Assembly (NCBI GenBank): GCA_013374835.1
Contig: CP055307.1
Location: forward strand, 10,447-74,446
Direction: 5' to 3'
DNA: 64,000 bases
DNA from: Candidatus Woesebacteria bacterium
GTDB lineage: Bacteria > Patescibacteriota > Microgenomatia > UBA8517
Part shown: positions 51,241-61,296 of the stretch, one piece after another
Layout of the letters: the number at the start of each line of letters is the position of its first letter
Numbering within the stretch: position 1 is the stretch's first letter
The notes under the pieces: model-generated
The model's input: only the letters and a program-made list of their open reading frames with translations
What the model was told of the DNA's origin: nothing
Database searches by the model: none
Translations under genes and position numbers: made by a program

Positions 51241-52050
51241 TTATGATTTGGCATAGAGATATACTTTCTCTATAAGAAGTGATGGACTGAAGCGTGGCTT
51301 TGGTAAACAGTATATGCCTTTAAGATCATTTATTTTAATAACAAGTAACTCATATAACCCTCTAGCTACATCTCTTAGCACTCCCACCTTGCTTGAATCA
51401 ACATGCTTCCAAACAATCGGCAGCTCGATAATACTGTATCCGAGTTTATTGGCAATATAAAGAACCTCTGGGTCAAAACTCCAGCGCTCTTGGGTGATAC
51501 GCGGGAAAACAGTTTTGGACACACGGCGGGAATAGACCTTAAAGCCACCTGTTACATCGGCAAGCGGCAAACCCAGTAGCTGGCGAACTAAAAAACTATA
51601 GCCCCAGCCAAAGAGTTTTCTTAGGAGACTTCGTTTTACAAGTGAAACCGAGCCGACAAGCCGCTTACTGCCAACGAGTACATCGACACCATTTTCCATA
51701 TGCGGAATGAATGCTTTGAGATTTGAAAATGAGATAGACATATCTGCGTCAATGATAAGGGCGTAGTCGCTCTCCACATGCCTCATCCCACGCTTTAAGG
51801 CATAACCTTTACCGCGGTTTTTGGTATAGCTTATGATTTCTATCTCTGCCCCACTTGGAAGTTTCATCTGTTTTTCTTGCTTATATTTATTAAGCATTGC
51901 AAGGGTATTGTCGTAACTTCCGTCATTTACAAAAATAATCTTCTCCACGCGAACACCGCGCGGGTTTTTAAGTTTATTAACCGCGTTAAATGCAAGATGA
52001 ATTCGCTTCTCTTCGTTGTAAACTGGTATAACTACAGTTAAGGTTTTCAT
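51241..52050 (-). CDS. Glycosyltransferase family 2 (polyprenol-phosphate glycosyltransferase-like)
   Basis: VIPVYNEE, VNDGS.D, NRGKG.A, DAD, D..GGFK, WSFD.E. Confidence 0.9.
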   Translation of the reverse strand: MKTLTVVIPVYNEEKRIHLAFNAVNKLKNPRGVRVEKIIFVNDGSYDNTLAMLNKYKQEKQMKLPSGAEIEIISYTKNRGKGYALKRGMRHVESDYALIIDADMSISFSNLKAFIPHMENGVDVLVGSKRLVGSVSLVKRSLLRKLFGWGYSFLVRQLLGLPLADVTGGFKVYSRRVSKTVFPRITQERWSFDPEVLYIANKLGYSIIELPIVWKHVDSSKVGVLRDVARGLYELLVIKINDLKGIYCLPKPRFSPSLLIEKVYLYAKS

Positions 52051-52212
52051 ATGGGTTTGTTTCTTACCACCTTAATTAAGATGATTAAAAACAAACCCAC
52101 AACCCCAACGAACACTTCTCTAAACACATCCCACACTTTTTTGCATCAGCAAACTGATGCCAAGTATGAGGCGGCCAGAGAAGGTCGTCGAGGTTGTGGT
52201 TAATAGGCAAAC

Positions 52213-53478
52213 TTAACTACACGGACGAAGCGTTGCCGCTTCGACCAACCCGGTGAAACCAGGAGGGATCCCAACTTTAGGGTCCTCCTGACCAGGACGC
52301 GGTTCGCCAGCTTCAGCGCGATAACCGTCTTGCCAACATCCAGAGCTGTTGGTGAGACTCGTCGGCACACTCGCGACTACCCAGCAGTTTGTCTCGCCAG
52401 CGCACTGCGTGAGTGTGACTCCGACTGGGAGGGCGAACAATGTTCGCACCGTCGACTCGGACCAGTCGGCAGGCGCCGGCTGAACGGACTGTGCTGCAGG
52501 TACAGGTTGTGCGGCGGTGGTGGCCGTGGTGATGGGTGTCACTTGGACAACCCATCCTGTTACCCAAGCGCGAGTCCCGTCGGAGTCAGAAACTCGATAC
52601 CACTGCTCTTGGTCGACCAAGACATAGCCGTCCGACGAGACAATCTGACCTGGTACCAGCGTACCCACCTGGTCGAAACTCTCGCCAGGACCTGAACGCA
52701 GATTTACGTTCCCGTTCCCGCTTGGGGTAACAGAAAACAACTGCGGCTCGTCGCATGGGCGTAGTGTCGCCATTTCGGCAGCGACCTGATACGAGTGCGG
52801 CGGGATCGAAATCCGCGGGCCATCGGGATGATTCGAGAAGTCCGGTCGGACTTCACCGGGGTTGACACGGAACCCGTCCACCCAATTTGAGCAGACGTTT
52901 GTGACCAGCCAGCTCTGTCCCTCGATAAACGGGACTTCCCAGCTCTGGAGTCCGTGACGCTGAAGTGGCACAACAGGCCCCTCCAACTGATAAAAAGCTA
53001 CGGCCTCTTCCACCGACCATTGGACTTCGGATTCGCCGCGTTCCTCGAGCGAACTCTGCTGCTCAGGAGCCAGCGGTCGAGCGACCAAGACTTCGACGAA
53101 GCATTCCTGCGTCGTCACGAAATTAGGCGGTATTGAAATCCGGTCAGCTCTTTGCATCGCTGCATAAGATGGCCGCACTTCGCCCGCACACTTACGATAC
53201 CCATCCACCCACAGGGTGAACGGGTTGACCATCTGGATGCTGCCGGCGAACTTCCAGCAATTCGGTTCAACGACGCCCTCGTAAAGGCACTCCACCACGG
53301 CGTACGTGCCGGAAATGCTGTAAAGAGCGACCGCTTCTTCGATCGTCCATGAGGCTGTAGGGGTGGGGGTTGGTGTCTCCCCACCTTGTGCGTTCACTGA
53401 AGGCGTTACCGCCGACAGCGCCAGGGTTGCAACCAAAAAGGCCACAACCAAAGTCCCAAAAACTACGTTTTTGCGCAT
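52213..53478 (-). CDS. GC-rich secreted protein with three Cys/Trp repeats and an SH3b domain
   Basis: SD AAGGAGG; three W..E.....N....W.DG(Y/F)R...GE.RP...IPP.....A..RP repeats; NVNLRSGPG...WYRV...AWV. Confidence 0.8.
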   Translation of the reverse strand: MRKNVVFGTLVVAFLVATLALSAVTPSVNAQGGETPTPTPTASWTIEEAVALYSISGTYAVVECLYEGVVEPNCWKFAGSIQMVNPFTLWVDGYRKCAGEVRPSYAAMQRADRISIPPNFVTTQECFVEVLVARPLAPEQQSSLEERGESEVQWSVEEAVAFYQLEGPVVPLQRHGLQSWEVPFIEGQSWLVTNVCSNWVDGFRVNPGEVRPDFSNHPDGPRISIPPHSYQVAAEMATLRPCDEPQLFSVTPSGNGNVNLRSGPGESFDQVGTLVPGQIVSSDGYVLVDQEQWYRVSDSDGTRAWVTGWVVQVTPITTATTAAQPVPAAQSVQPAPADWSESTVRTLFALPVGVTLTQCAGETNCWVVASVPTSLTNSSGCWQDGYRAEAGEPRPGQEDPKVGIPPGFTGLVEAATLRPCS

Positions 53479-53738
53479 CGCTACCTCCTTTTGAGGCGCT
53501 GGTGACCCGAATGGGTCGTTTAAAAACCAGCTCCTCTGAACTAGCGCACGGAAGGAAGAACTTTTTGTTCCGCCCTCTGTGCGCTAGTTAAGGAGTAAAG
53601 TTGCCTATTTTTTTAAAGTGCATTTTTAAGTCAAGATTTGCCCTGCTAAACGGGCGGCTTAACTTAAAAAATTGTTATCATTATAGGCAGGGGGTTGGCT
53701 TTGGAAGAGGCAAAGACAACGCTCTACCTACAAACTCA

Positions 53739-54008
53739 TTAACTTTCAAGAAGTTCATCTATAAAGCGACTCTTTTTCTTATTTGAAACAAAACTGAAGG
53801 CAGCCGCCGCCATGACTGCGGCAACACCCGCTACTCTTAAATCTTCTTTAAGGCCTGCTTTGACTGTGATGTGTTCCTCTGGAGTTGTCACACCACAAAC
53901 TACACCCTGACCATAAGATGTGGTGCATGTAGCTTCTGCGGCTTTTATAGTGCCGACAGGAGTTAAAACTGCTAATGCCAGTACCAAAGAAATGATAAAC
54001 TTTTTCAT
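53739..54008 (-). CDS. Small secreted protein with a sortase-type C-terminus (VKAG motif, TM, basic tail)
   Basis: Start MKKFII lies about 10 nt after TTGACA-17-TATCAT; CTTSYGQGVVC; adjacent to a sortase. Confidence 0.7.
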   Translation of the reverse strand: MKKFIISLVLALAVLTPVGTIKAAEATCTTSYGQGVVCGVTTPEEHITVKAGLKEDLRVAGVAAVMAAAAFSFVSNKKKSRFIDELLES

Positions 54009-54018
54009 ATTACGAGGA

Positions 54019-54047
54019 ATGATATCAGAAGAATATTGTTTTGTCAA
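54019..54047 (-). promoter_or_regulatory. sigma70 promoter giving a leaderless or very short-leader mRNA
   Basis: Minus strand reads TTGACA-17 bp-TATCAT. Confidence 0.7.
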
Positions 54048-54102
54048 GACTACAGGATATTATTAAAGTCCAAACCGGTTGATAAAGCAATATTTTAAAA
54101 TT

Positions 54103-54813
54103 TTAGATTTTTAGGAGGCGTGCGTAAACGAAAATTCTTGTGTCGCTTGTGAGATCCTGACAGGTGTAAAGTATTAAATCTGCCGAATAATCGGAAATTT
54201 TATCACCTTTAGCTAATTCATAAACTTCGTAAATATATTTTCTTTGCTGCCAGATGATTTCGACTGTATCCCCCTTTTCAAGCTTTGGAAGATTATAAAA
54301 GGAATGTTTTCTTCTAAAGATATTGCTCCATTTTAAATATCCAAAGCGGTGTGCGGCAAGAATTATAGGTTTAGAGTTATTATCCGGTGTTGCAAAATCC
54401 GGGACTCTCCAGACGCCTTTTTTGAGAGCTTCTTCGTAATTATCGTATGCTGCTTCGTGAATTTGCGTCTCAACTCCTATTTTTTCAATAACCAAGTGCG
54501 CGCCGAGCGAAAGGGATTTATCAAAAGGCGGCTTATAGGGAGTATTATCCTCTTCAGCGCTTGAATTAACTGCTTTTGCTTCCTCGGCCGTATCTAAAAG
54601 ATAGTTTGAGATTATTTTACCTCCTTGGGAACGGAGGCTATACCAAGCCGAAGGCGCGTATGAGGCTATAAAAAGAAAAATACCCAAACCAACTAAAAAA
54701 GCTGCCAGCCTTGTAAAGATATTTGGAGGGATGTCCGAGCTTTTCCTTTTCGGGACTTTGTGTGGCTTTCGAAAGTCTTTATTTAAATATTTCTCAATAT
54801 GCTTTGATTCCAT
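54103..54813 (-). CDS. Sortase
   Basis: ILAAHR, LILYTC, RIFVYA. Confidence 0.88.
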   Translation of the reverse strand: MESKHIEKYLNKDFRKPHKVPKRKSSDIPPNIFTRLAAFLVGLGIFLFIASYAPSAWYSLRSQGGKIISNYLLDTAEEAKAVNSSAEEDNTPYKPPFDKSLSLGAHLVIEKIGVETQIHEAAYDNYEEALKKGVWRVPDFATPDNNSKPIILAAHRFGYLKWSNIFRRKHSFYNLPKLEKGDTVEIIWQQRKYIYEVYELAKGDKISDYSADLILYTCQDLTSDTRIFVYARLLKI

Positions 54814-54829
54814 TAGTTTATTTTAGACC

Positions 54830-54901
54830 AAAAAAAATCAACCTCAAAGAGAGTGGGTAGTACGCCTGCCCTACATACCACCCACCCTATTTGAGGTTGA
54901 T
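54830..54901 (-). terminator. Long hairpin + U-tract (minus strand)
   Basis: ATCAACCTCAAA..GGGTGGGTGGTATG / CGTACTACCCACTC..TTTGAGGTTGAT pairs fully only on the minus strand (3 G-U pairs), followed by T8. Confidence 0.65.
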
Positions 54902-54951
54902 CCGCTTAAACACCACTTGACTTTTTGGTGCAAATCGAGTTAGTCTTATAA

Positions 54952-55110
54952 TGATTTATCCAGTAAAAAGAGCCTGCTCTAGCTGGATAAATTATTAAAA
55001 GAGCGTTACCTAAAGGATTGTGTACTTTGCTTTTTGTGACTTGTTTCTCTTGTGTAGAGATATGTCAACGATAAGCGAAGTTTACAAACAAACAGGTACG
55101 CTCTTTTTTG
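54952..55110 (+). ncRNA. Candidate structured small RNA (hairpin + ~113-nt rod + U-tract)
   Basis: TTGACT-18-TAGTCT upstream; ATTTATCCAG/CTGGATAAAT hairpin; AAAAGAGCGTTACCT/AGGTACGCTCTTTT closes a rod; no ORF. Confidence 0.45.
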
Positions 55111-55265
55111 TGTGACTTAAGGTGCTAATTACTATTAAAGCAAATATATCACTTCTTGATCGAGGATGTCAAATCCTATAATTAATATTACATAATTTTT
55201 ACATATTCCTATAGTAAAAAACATAATAAAAATTGCCTTATTTTCGGTTTAAAATTAAAAACAGC

Positions 55266-56594
55266 TTATTTTGTGGATAACATGAGGATAGCTTTTTTAA
55301 GATTATTTGCGGTTTTGGCCGACACGATATTATTAAAACCTTGTTTTCTCATTTCTTTGATCCTTTTTTCTTCAGAGGTAACTTTTCTTATTTCCCCCAT
55401 GAGACCTAATTCTCCAATAGCAACCGTATTTGCTTTTATGGGTTTTTCTTTATATGCGCTTATAATTGACAAGGCAATGGCCAGATCTGCCGCCGGATCC
55501 CGAACACTAATACCCCCTACCGCATTTGCATAGATATCGAAGTTATATAAAGGAATATTCAAACGACTAATAAGCACTGCCACAATAAGCTCTAAACGGC
55601 GTGAGTCTATTCCTTGTGCAATTCTTTTAGGATAGGGCGTATTTGTTCGATTTACAAGAGCTTGAATTTCTACGAGAAGCGGCCTTGTGCCCTCGAGAAT
55701 GCTTGTGAGCACCGATCCCGGCTCGGATGAAGTTTTACTGCTTACGAATAAATCATTGAGGCTACTAACTGACATTAAACCCTTTTCCTCCATTCTGAAA
55801 AGTCCAATTTCATCAGTTGGACCAAAGCGGTTTTTAATCGAGCGGAGAATGCGAAGAAGCAGGTCTTTGTCACCCTCGAACCAGAGCACTGTATCAACAA
55901 TGTGCATTAGTGTAGCAGGCCCTGCAACCGAACCTTCTTTTGTAACGTGCCCAACCATGATTAAAGGAATACTATTTGACTTGGCAAGGCGAACGAGTCT
56001 TTGGGCTGATTCTCTTACCTGTCCTACCGATCCTGCAATGCCGGATAAATCTCTTGTTGATACCGTTTGGATAGAATCGATTATTATCAATTGAGGAAGA
56101 CTTTTCGTAGAAAGGTTTTCCAGATAGCTTATTATTGAGTCAACATCGGACTCTTCGAGAAGATTTATGCGGTTCGAGTAAATACCAAGCCTTGTAGCCC
56201 TTAGCTTAAGCTGGTGAACCGATTCTTCAGCAGATATATAAAGAATGTATGCGTTTCTACTTGTTTTGGCTAATTTTTCGGATATTTGGAGTAAAATTGT
56301 GGACTTACCAATCCCCGGTTCTCCGGCAAGGAGCACTACCTGCCCTTTTACAAAACCACCACCAAGGACATTGTCCAGCTCGGGGATATTTGTTTTTATC
56401 CTTTGGAGGTCTTTCTGAGGAACAGACGACAAAGAAACAGGTTCTAAAATTTTTGTAGTTTTCTTTTTGGATTTTGTCTCTTTTGGAATAAGCGTTTCAA
56501 CAAGAGATCCCCAAGCACCACACTGAGGACACCTTCCTCCCCAACCTGTTTGTGTATAGCCGCATTGCTGGCAGACATAACTTGACTTTGCCAT
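55266..56594 (-). CDS. radA: DNA repair protein RadA/Sms
   Basis: CQQC...CPQC zinc finger, GEPGIGKS, IDSIQT, KNRFG. Confidence 0.96.
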   Translation of the reverse strand: MAKSSYVCQQCGYTQTGWGGRCPQCGAWGSLVETLIPKETKSKKKTTKILEPVSLSSVPQKDLQRIKTNIPELDNVLGGGFVKGQVVLLAGEPGIGKSTILLQISEKLAKTSRNAYILYISAEESVHQLKLRATRLGIYSNRINLLEESDVDSIISYLENLSTKSLPQLIIIDSIQTVSTRDLSGIAGSVGQVRESAQRLVRLAKSNSIPLIMVGHVTKEGSVAGPATLMHIVDTVLWFEGDKDLLLRILRSIKNRFGPTDEIGLFRMEEKGLMSVSSLNDLFVSSKTSSEPGSVLTSILEGTRPLLVEIQALVNRTNTPYPKRIAQGIDSRRLELIVAVLISRLNIPLYNFDIYANAVGGISVRDPAADLAIALSIISAYKEKPIKANTVAIGELGLMGEIRKVTSEEKRIKEMRKQGFNNIVSAKTANNLKKAILMLSTK

Positions 56595-56658
56595 AAATCA
56601 ATCTAAATATTATCAGATATCCCAAATATTGAAAATTTTCAGCCTTTTTGAAATTTAT

Positions 56659-57756
56659 CTATTTGTAACCTATCGGTTTTGTTGTGAGGACTAAACCGAG
56701 AGAGATTTTTCGCTCAGAGGCGTTTATTTCCTCTATGTAAACTTCTATTTCGTCACCCTTTTTAATATCTTTATCGGGCGGAATTTTGGTCATGTGCACC
56801 AACCCCTCAATTCCCGGCTCCAGTTCCACAAAAACTCCAAAGCCGCTTTTTCGTACAACTTTGCCTTTAAGTTTTTGTTCCTTTTGGTATTTTTCTTCCA
56901 CACTTAGCCAAGGATCTTTTTGGGCATCTTTAATCGAAAGGGAGAGCTTGCCATCTTTTGTGCCGAGTACTTTTACCTCAACTTTATCCCCCACCGAAAC
57001 TATTTTTGAAGGATCGCTTATTTTTTCCCAAGATAGCTCGGAGATATGAACCAAGCCCTCGATAGGAACAGGTTTTTTACCGATCTCCACTCTTAACTCT
57101 ACAAAGGCGCCGAATGAGGTGAGCTCTTTTACTCTTCCTTTGAGTATTTCACCTTCTTTGAGGTTTTTGAGAGCTTTTTCTTCAAGCTCTAATTCTTCTC
57201 TTTCGGAAACAGCTCTTTCTGAAAGAACAATCCTATTTTTATCCCTATCTACTTCTATTATCTTTGCCGGAAATTCTTGGTCGAGAAGCTTATCTACTTC
57301 TTTTGCCGCTTCTTTACCAAGCTGGGATGCCGGAATAAAACCGATTAATGATTTTTCAACTTCGACAACTACACCTTTTTCAGTAACGTTTTTACCTACG
57401 ACTTTTATTTCGGCTCCTTTATTTTTAGCTTTTTCCAGCTTGTTCCAAAGAGAATCGAATGCTTGATCTTTGATTGAAAGAAGTACATTCCCGTCGCGGC
57501 TTTCGGGTTCGACCACTACTGCGTTTACCACGTCCCCAACTTTGAGCTTTTTGACAAAACTTTTAACCTCATCGTAATGCGAACCTATAACAAGCGCGTC
57601 TGATTTGGCCCCTATATCCAAAGTTATTACACCTTGTTCGAGAGAAAGTATTTTTGCTTTTACTTCTTGGCCTGCTTCGAAGCTTTGAACAACAATGGGT
57701 GAGCGAGCAAGCAGCTCTTCCATTGTAATTTTTTTGTTATTTTGTTTTTTTGCCAA
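56659..57756 (-). CDS. rpsA: 30S ribosomal protein S1 (four S1 domains)
   Basis: Repeated FGAFVEL/EGLVHISE S1 motifs; TTG start. Confidence 0.88.
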   Translation of the reverse strand: MAKKQNNKKITMEELLARSPIVVQSFEAGQEVKAKILSLEQGVITLDIGAKSDALVIGSHYDEVKSFVKKLKVGDVVNAVVVEPESRDGNVLLSIKDQAFDSLWNKLEKAKNKGAEIKVVGKNVTEKGVVVEVEKSLIGFIPASQLGKEAAKEVDKLLDQEFPAKIIEVDRDKNRIVLSERAVSEREELELEEKALKNLKEGEILKGRVKELTSFGAFVELRVEIGKKPVPIEGLVHISELSWEKISDPSKIVSVGDKVEVKVLGTKDGKLSLSIKDAQKDPWLSVEEKYQKEQKLKGKVVRKSGFGVFVELEPGIEGLVHMTKIPPDKDIKKGDEIEVYIEEINASERKISLGLVLTTKPIGYK

Positions 57757-57835
57757 AAATCATGACCGCCTTTCTATTTTTTTATTATCGCAAATAATTT
57801 AAGCCAGGAAAAATGGATTTTAATCCGGGCCTAGA

Positions 57836-57957
57836 TGGACCAGCAATGACCTATTTTCGCACAAAGTTGCCTAAGCACTATCGTAGGCGCTGCCCAGTTT
57901 TACTTCTGAGTTCGGAATGGGGTCAGGTAGTTCCAAGGCGCTTTAATCACTGGTCCA
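57836..57957 (-). rRNA. rrf: 5S rRNA
   Basis: CCTGACCCCATTCCGAACTCAGAAGTAAAA...GCGCC..CGATAGT; terminal helix GGACCAG/CTGGTCC. Ends are approximate. Confidence 0.92.
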
Positions 57958-58170
57958 TCCAGACCCAGACTGTGTTAACCACAATCAGGGTAGCTGGTTT
58001 AAATTTTAAAAAGGTGCGAATTCAGATTGTTATCTGAAATCTAAAGAGAAAGGTACAAAGAAAAGTCTAATGACCGATTCGTGCAAAGTAAGCTTAATTC
58101 CTTACGGAACTTCCACTTCCTGCCGATCAACCTGATGTTCTTTCAGGAGTCTAAGAGCCCTCATCTTGGG

Positions 58171-58209
<39 letters not shown>

Positions 58210-58394
58210 AGGAATGTAGCTACCCGGCGCTGCCGCTGACGCGACAACCGGCACACTAGGGATTCCCCCTTCCTGGTCCTCTCGTACTGAGGAAAGCTCC
58301 CCTCAAGGCTCCAACGCACACACCGGATAGAGTCCGAGCTGTCTCGCGACGCTCTGAACCCAGCTCACGTACCACTTTAATGGGCGAACAGACC

Positions 58395-58427
<33 letters not shown>

Positions 58428-59013
58428 GTGAGCCGACATCGAGGTAGCGAACCGCGCCGTCGATATGGACTCTCGGGCGCGACTACTCTGTTATCCCCGG
58501 GGTAACTTTTATCCGTTAAGCCCCATCCATTCCCACAATGAGATGGGGGATCACTAAGACCTGCTTTCGCACTAGCTCCACCCGTCGGTGTCGCTATCAA
58601 GCTGGCTTATAGCTTTACCCTTAATCCGCCATTTCCATCGGCGGAAAGCCAACCTTTGTACCCCTGCGTTACCTTTTGGCAGGGTACCGCCCCAGTAAAA
58701 CTGCCCATCTGACACTTTTCCTGAACCCGTCTTCAGGGCCCTTAGGTAAGCCTTTTAATCTTCGAAGGGTGGTATCACACTGGCTCCCGATTAAATCGGG
58801 ATCCCACCTATTCTTGACAATCGAGGACTAAAGGAGGCAATGCCAGACTACAGTAAAGCTCCACGGGGTCTATTTGTCCTGGTGTGTGTAGGCCGCGTCT
58901 TCACAGCCACCGCAATTTCGCCGGGTGGATTTTCAAGACAGTTGTTAGCTCGTTACGCCTTTCGTGCGGGTCTAAACTTACTAGACAAGGAACTTCGCTA
59001 CCGTAGAACAGTT

Positions 59014-59762
59014 CATTTTTGTTACATTGAATACTTAAATATTCCTTAAGTATTCAAAGATTCTGTCATTTCTGCAGAATTCTCCGACTCTCGCCGGAGA
59101 TCGGACTATATCATCCCCACTTGGTATAAAACTCTGTGGAGGCTAACGTATAGTCTCTGGGGATTCCAAAACATCACTAATTGAATATTTTCTTTTTCTT
59201 CCTTTACCTTTGTTAAGCTTCTCTCTTATTTCAAGCAGTTTCAAAAGCCCATCTTTTTCAAGATGTTTTTTGTCATACATTATTTTCACAGCTTTTTTAA
59301 AAAGAGAAAAATTTCTCTTTTTAGTGTTTGAAAAAAAACTATATTTGGTAAAGAAAGGTATTATTTTTTCCTGAATTGCGGTTGGATTAGTAACATCAAA
59401 AGAATATAAACCATCTTTTCTTTGTTTGATAATTCCACAACCTAAATAACGTTTCATCAAAGCAAGAATTGTCCTTTCTCTTTGAGAAACATTAAAAGAT
59501 AAAACAGGTTGCCATCTTTGCTTATAATCGATTTTGTGGCGGAGTGAGATATTAAAACTTCCTTCTCCGTCAACAAAACCTGCAAAATACCAACCAATTT
59601 TTTCAGGAACTTTTATTCTGGACTGTTTTGGTCTTTCCTGCTGATTATCTCTATTCATCTGATTGTCACTGCTATTAAGGTAAATTTAGCTTAACAGCAG
59701 TACAGATGACCTGTCAAGATTTCCCAGCATATAGTTAGCTTTTACAACTACTATTTAATCTA
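59014..59762 (-). mobile_element. Group I intron at 23S position equivalent to E. coli 1917 (L1917)
   Basis: Exons GTAACTAT^AACTGTTC; P1 with U-G pair (AACTAT/GTAGTT); Q AATCAGCAG, R CAGAGACTA, S GATATAGTCC; terminal G. Confidence 0.92.
59143..59658 (-). CDS. Single-motif LAGLIDADG homing endonuclease (intron-encoded)
   Basis: YFAGFVDGEGSF, F.VSQ, YLGCG, IIPFF..Y. Confidence 0.93.
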   Translation of the reverse strand: MNRDNQQERPKQSRIKVPEKIGWYFAGFVDGEGSFNISLRHKIDYKQRWQPVLSFNVSQRERTILALMKRYLGCGIIKQRKDGLYSFDVTNPTAIQEKIIPFFTKYSFFSNTKKRNFSLFKKAVKIMYDKKHLEKDGLLKLLEIREKLNKGKGRKRKYSISDVLESPETIR

Positions 59763-60588
59763 ATAGTTACTGCTGCCGTTTACCGGAGCTTCGGTTCAAA
59801 GCCCTGTGCAAAGCACGGACAGATCCCCTTAACTTACCGGCACTGGGCAGGCGTCAGCCCGTATACTTAAGATTTTCTCTTTTGCACGGACCTGTGTTTT
59901 TGATAAACAGTCGACTAACAATCATTAGCTGCGGTCCCGCCATGGGCGGGACAGGACATCTTGCGAACTTACGTCCAGCTTGTTTGCCTAGTTCCTTAAA
60001 AATCCTTCTCCCGATCGCCTTAGTATTCTCTACCTACCCACCTGTGTTGGTTTACGGTACGGCTTATTTGGGCACTCACTGCGAACCTTTTCTTGCAGGC
60101 TATTAACCAGAATCACCCTACTCTCGTAAGGCTTTGCACCACCCCGATTAAACGCAAGAGCGGATTTTCCATCTCTCACTACCGAGACTTCTGCACTTTA
60201 CTTCACGAAAAAGCTCTGATTTTTTCACCTTGTCAGTCCCCAGCTACCCCGCATAGCGGGGTTTGGCGCACCCAAACAAGTACTGGAATTTTAACCAGCT
60301 ATCCATCGGCTACGCCATATGGCCTTACCTTAGGAGCCGACTAACCCCTGGCAGACGAACTTCACCAGGGAAACCTTGGGTTTTCGGCGGTCCGGATTCT
60401 CACCGGACTTGTACGCTACTCATACCGGCATTCTCACTCCCATCCGTTCCACCTAACTTTACAGTTCGGCTTCACCACGAATGGGACGCTCCCCTACCAC
60501 GTCCCGCTAAGCGGGACATCTCTAGCTTCGGCACTTGGCTTATCCTCGATAAATCTTCGGCGCACGCTCTCGGTCGACCAGTGAGCTG

Positions 60589-60639
<51 letters not shown>

Positions 60640-61135
60640 AAGAGAGTGTACTTCCTTTCAAACTTAGTCAAGATTTAGAGGCCTTAGCTGAGAGTCTGGG
60701 TTGTTTCCCTTTTGTCGTACGAGCTTAGCCCCGTACGGCTGTATGCTAAACATCCTTATCAGTATTCGGAGTTTGGTTGATCACGATTGCTTTCGCTCTC
60801 GTGACCATCCAGTAGCTCTACCCCTGATAAGTTTTTATTTAACACGGTCCCTATAGACCTTTCGGGGAGAACCAGCTATCTCCAGGTCCGATTGGCATAT
60901 TACCGCTATCCACAAGTCATCCGAGCAAATTGCAACTTACACCGGTTCGGGCGTCCGCCACGCTTTCGCGTAACCTCCCCCTGCTCATGGATAGATCACC
61001 TGGTTTCGGGTCTGCCACACAGTACAAAATCGCGCTATTAACACTCGCTTTCGCTATGCCTTCCCCTTTTAGCAGGGTTAAGCCGCACTGTGAGACAACT
61101 CGCCGGTTCATTCTTCAATAGGCACGAGATCACCC

Positions 61136-61296
61136 GCTCGCAGAGCAGGAAGTTCCAAGATCTAATAATCAAATTGTAAACAAATTCCAACTCCAAAATT
61201 ACAAGCTTGACTTCAAACTTTCGCTATTTAAGGTTTGTAATTTGGTTATTGTTTGTGATTTGATATTTGTGATTTGAAATTTCCTGTTCTACGAAC
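61136..61296 (-). other. Intervening sequence in 23S helix 25: long hairpin of heptad repeats
   Basis: About 160 extra nt closed by a GC-richer stem; contains TTTGTGA TTTGATA TTTGTGA TTTGAAA. Confidence 0.8.

Noticed and set aside
54997-55110. Firm call as 6S or SRP RNA
   Set aside because: The rod is short, its central bubble is small and the SRP domain IV motif is absent; kept only as a candidate ncRNA.
1077-57466. Numerous short ORFs antisense to or nested in long genes (e.g. 6119-6616, 32039-32473, 55687-56094)
   Set aside because: They are shadows of well-supported genes and show no motifs or start signals.
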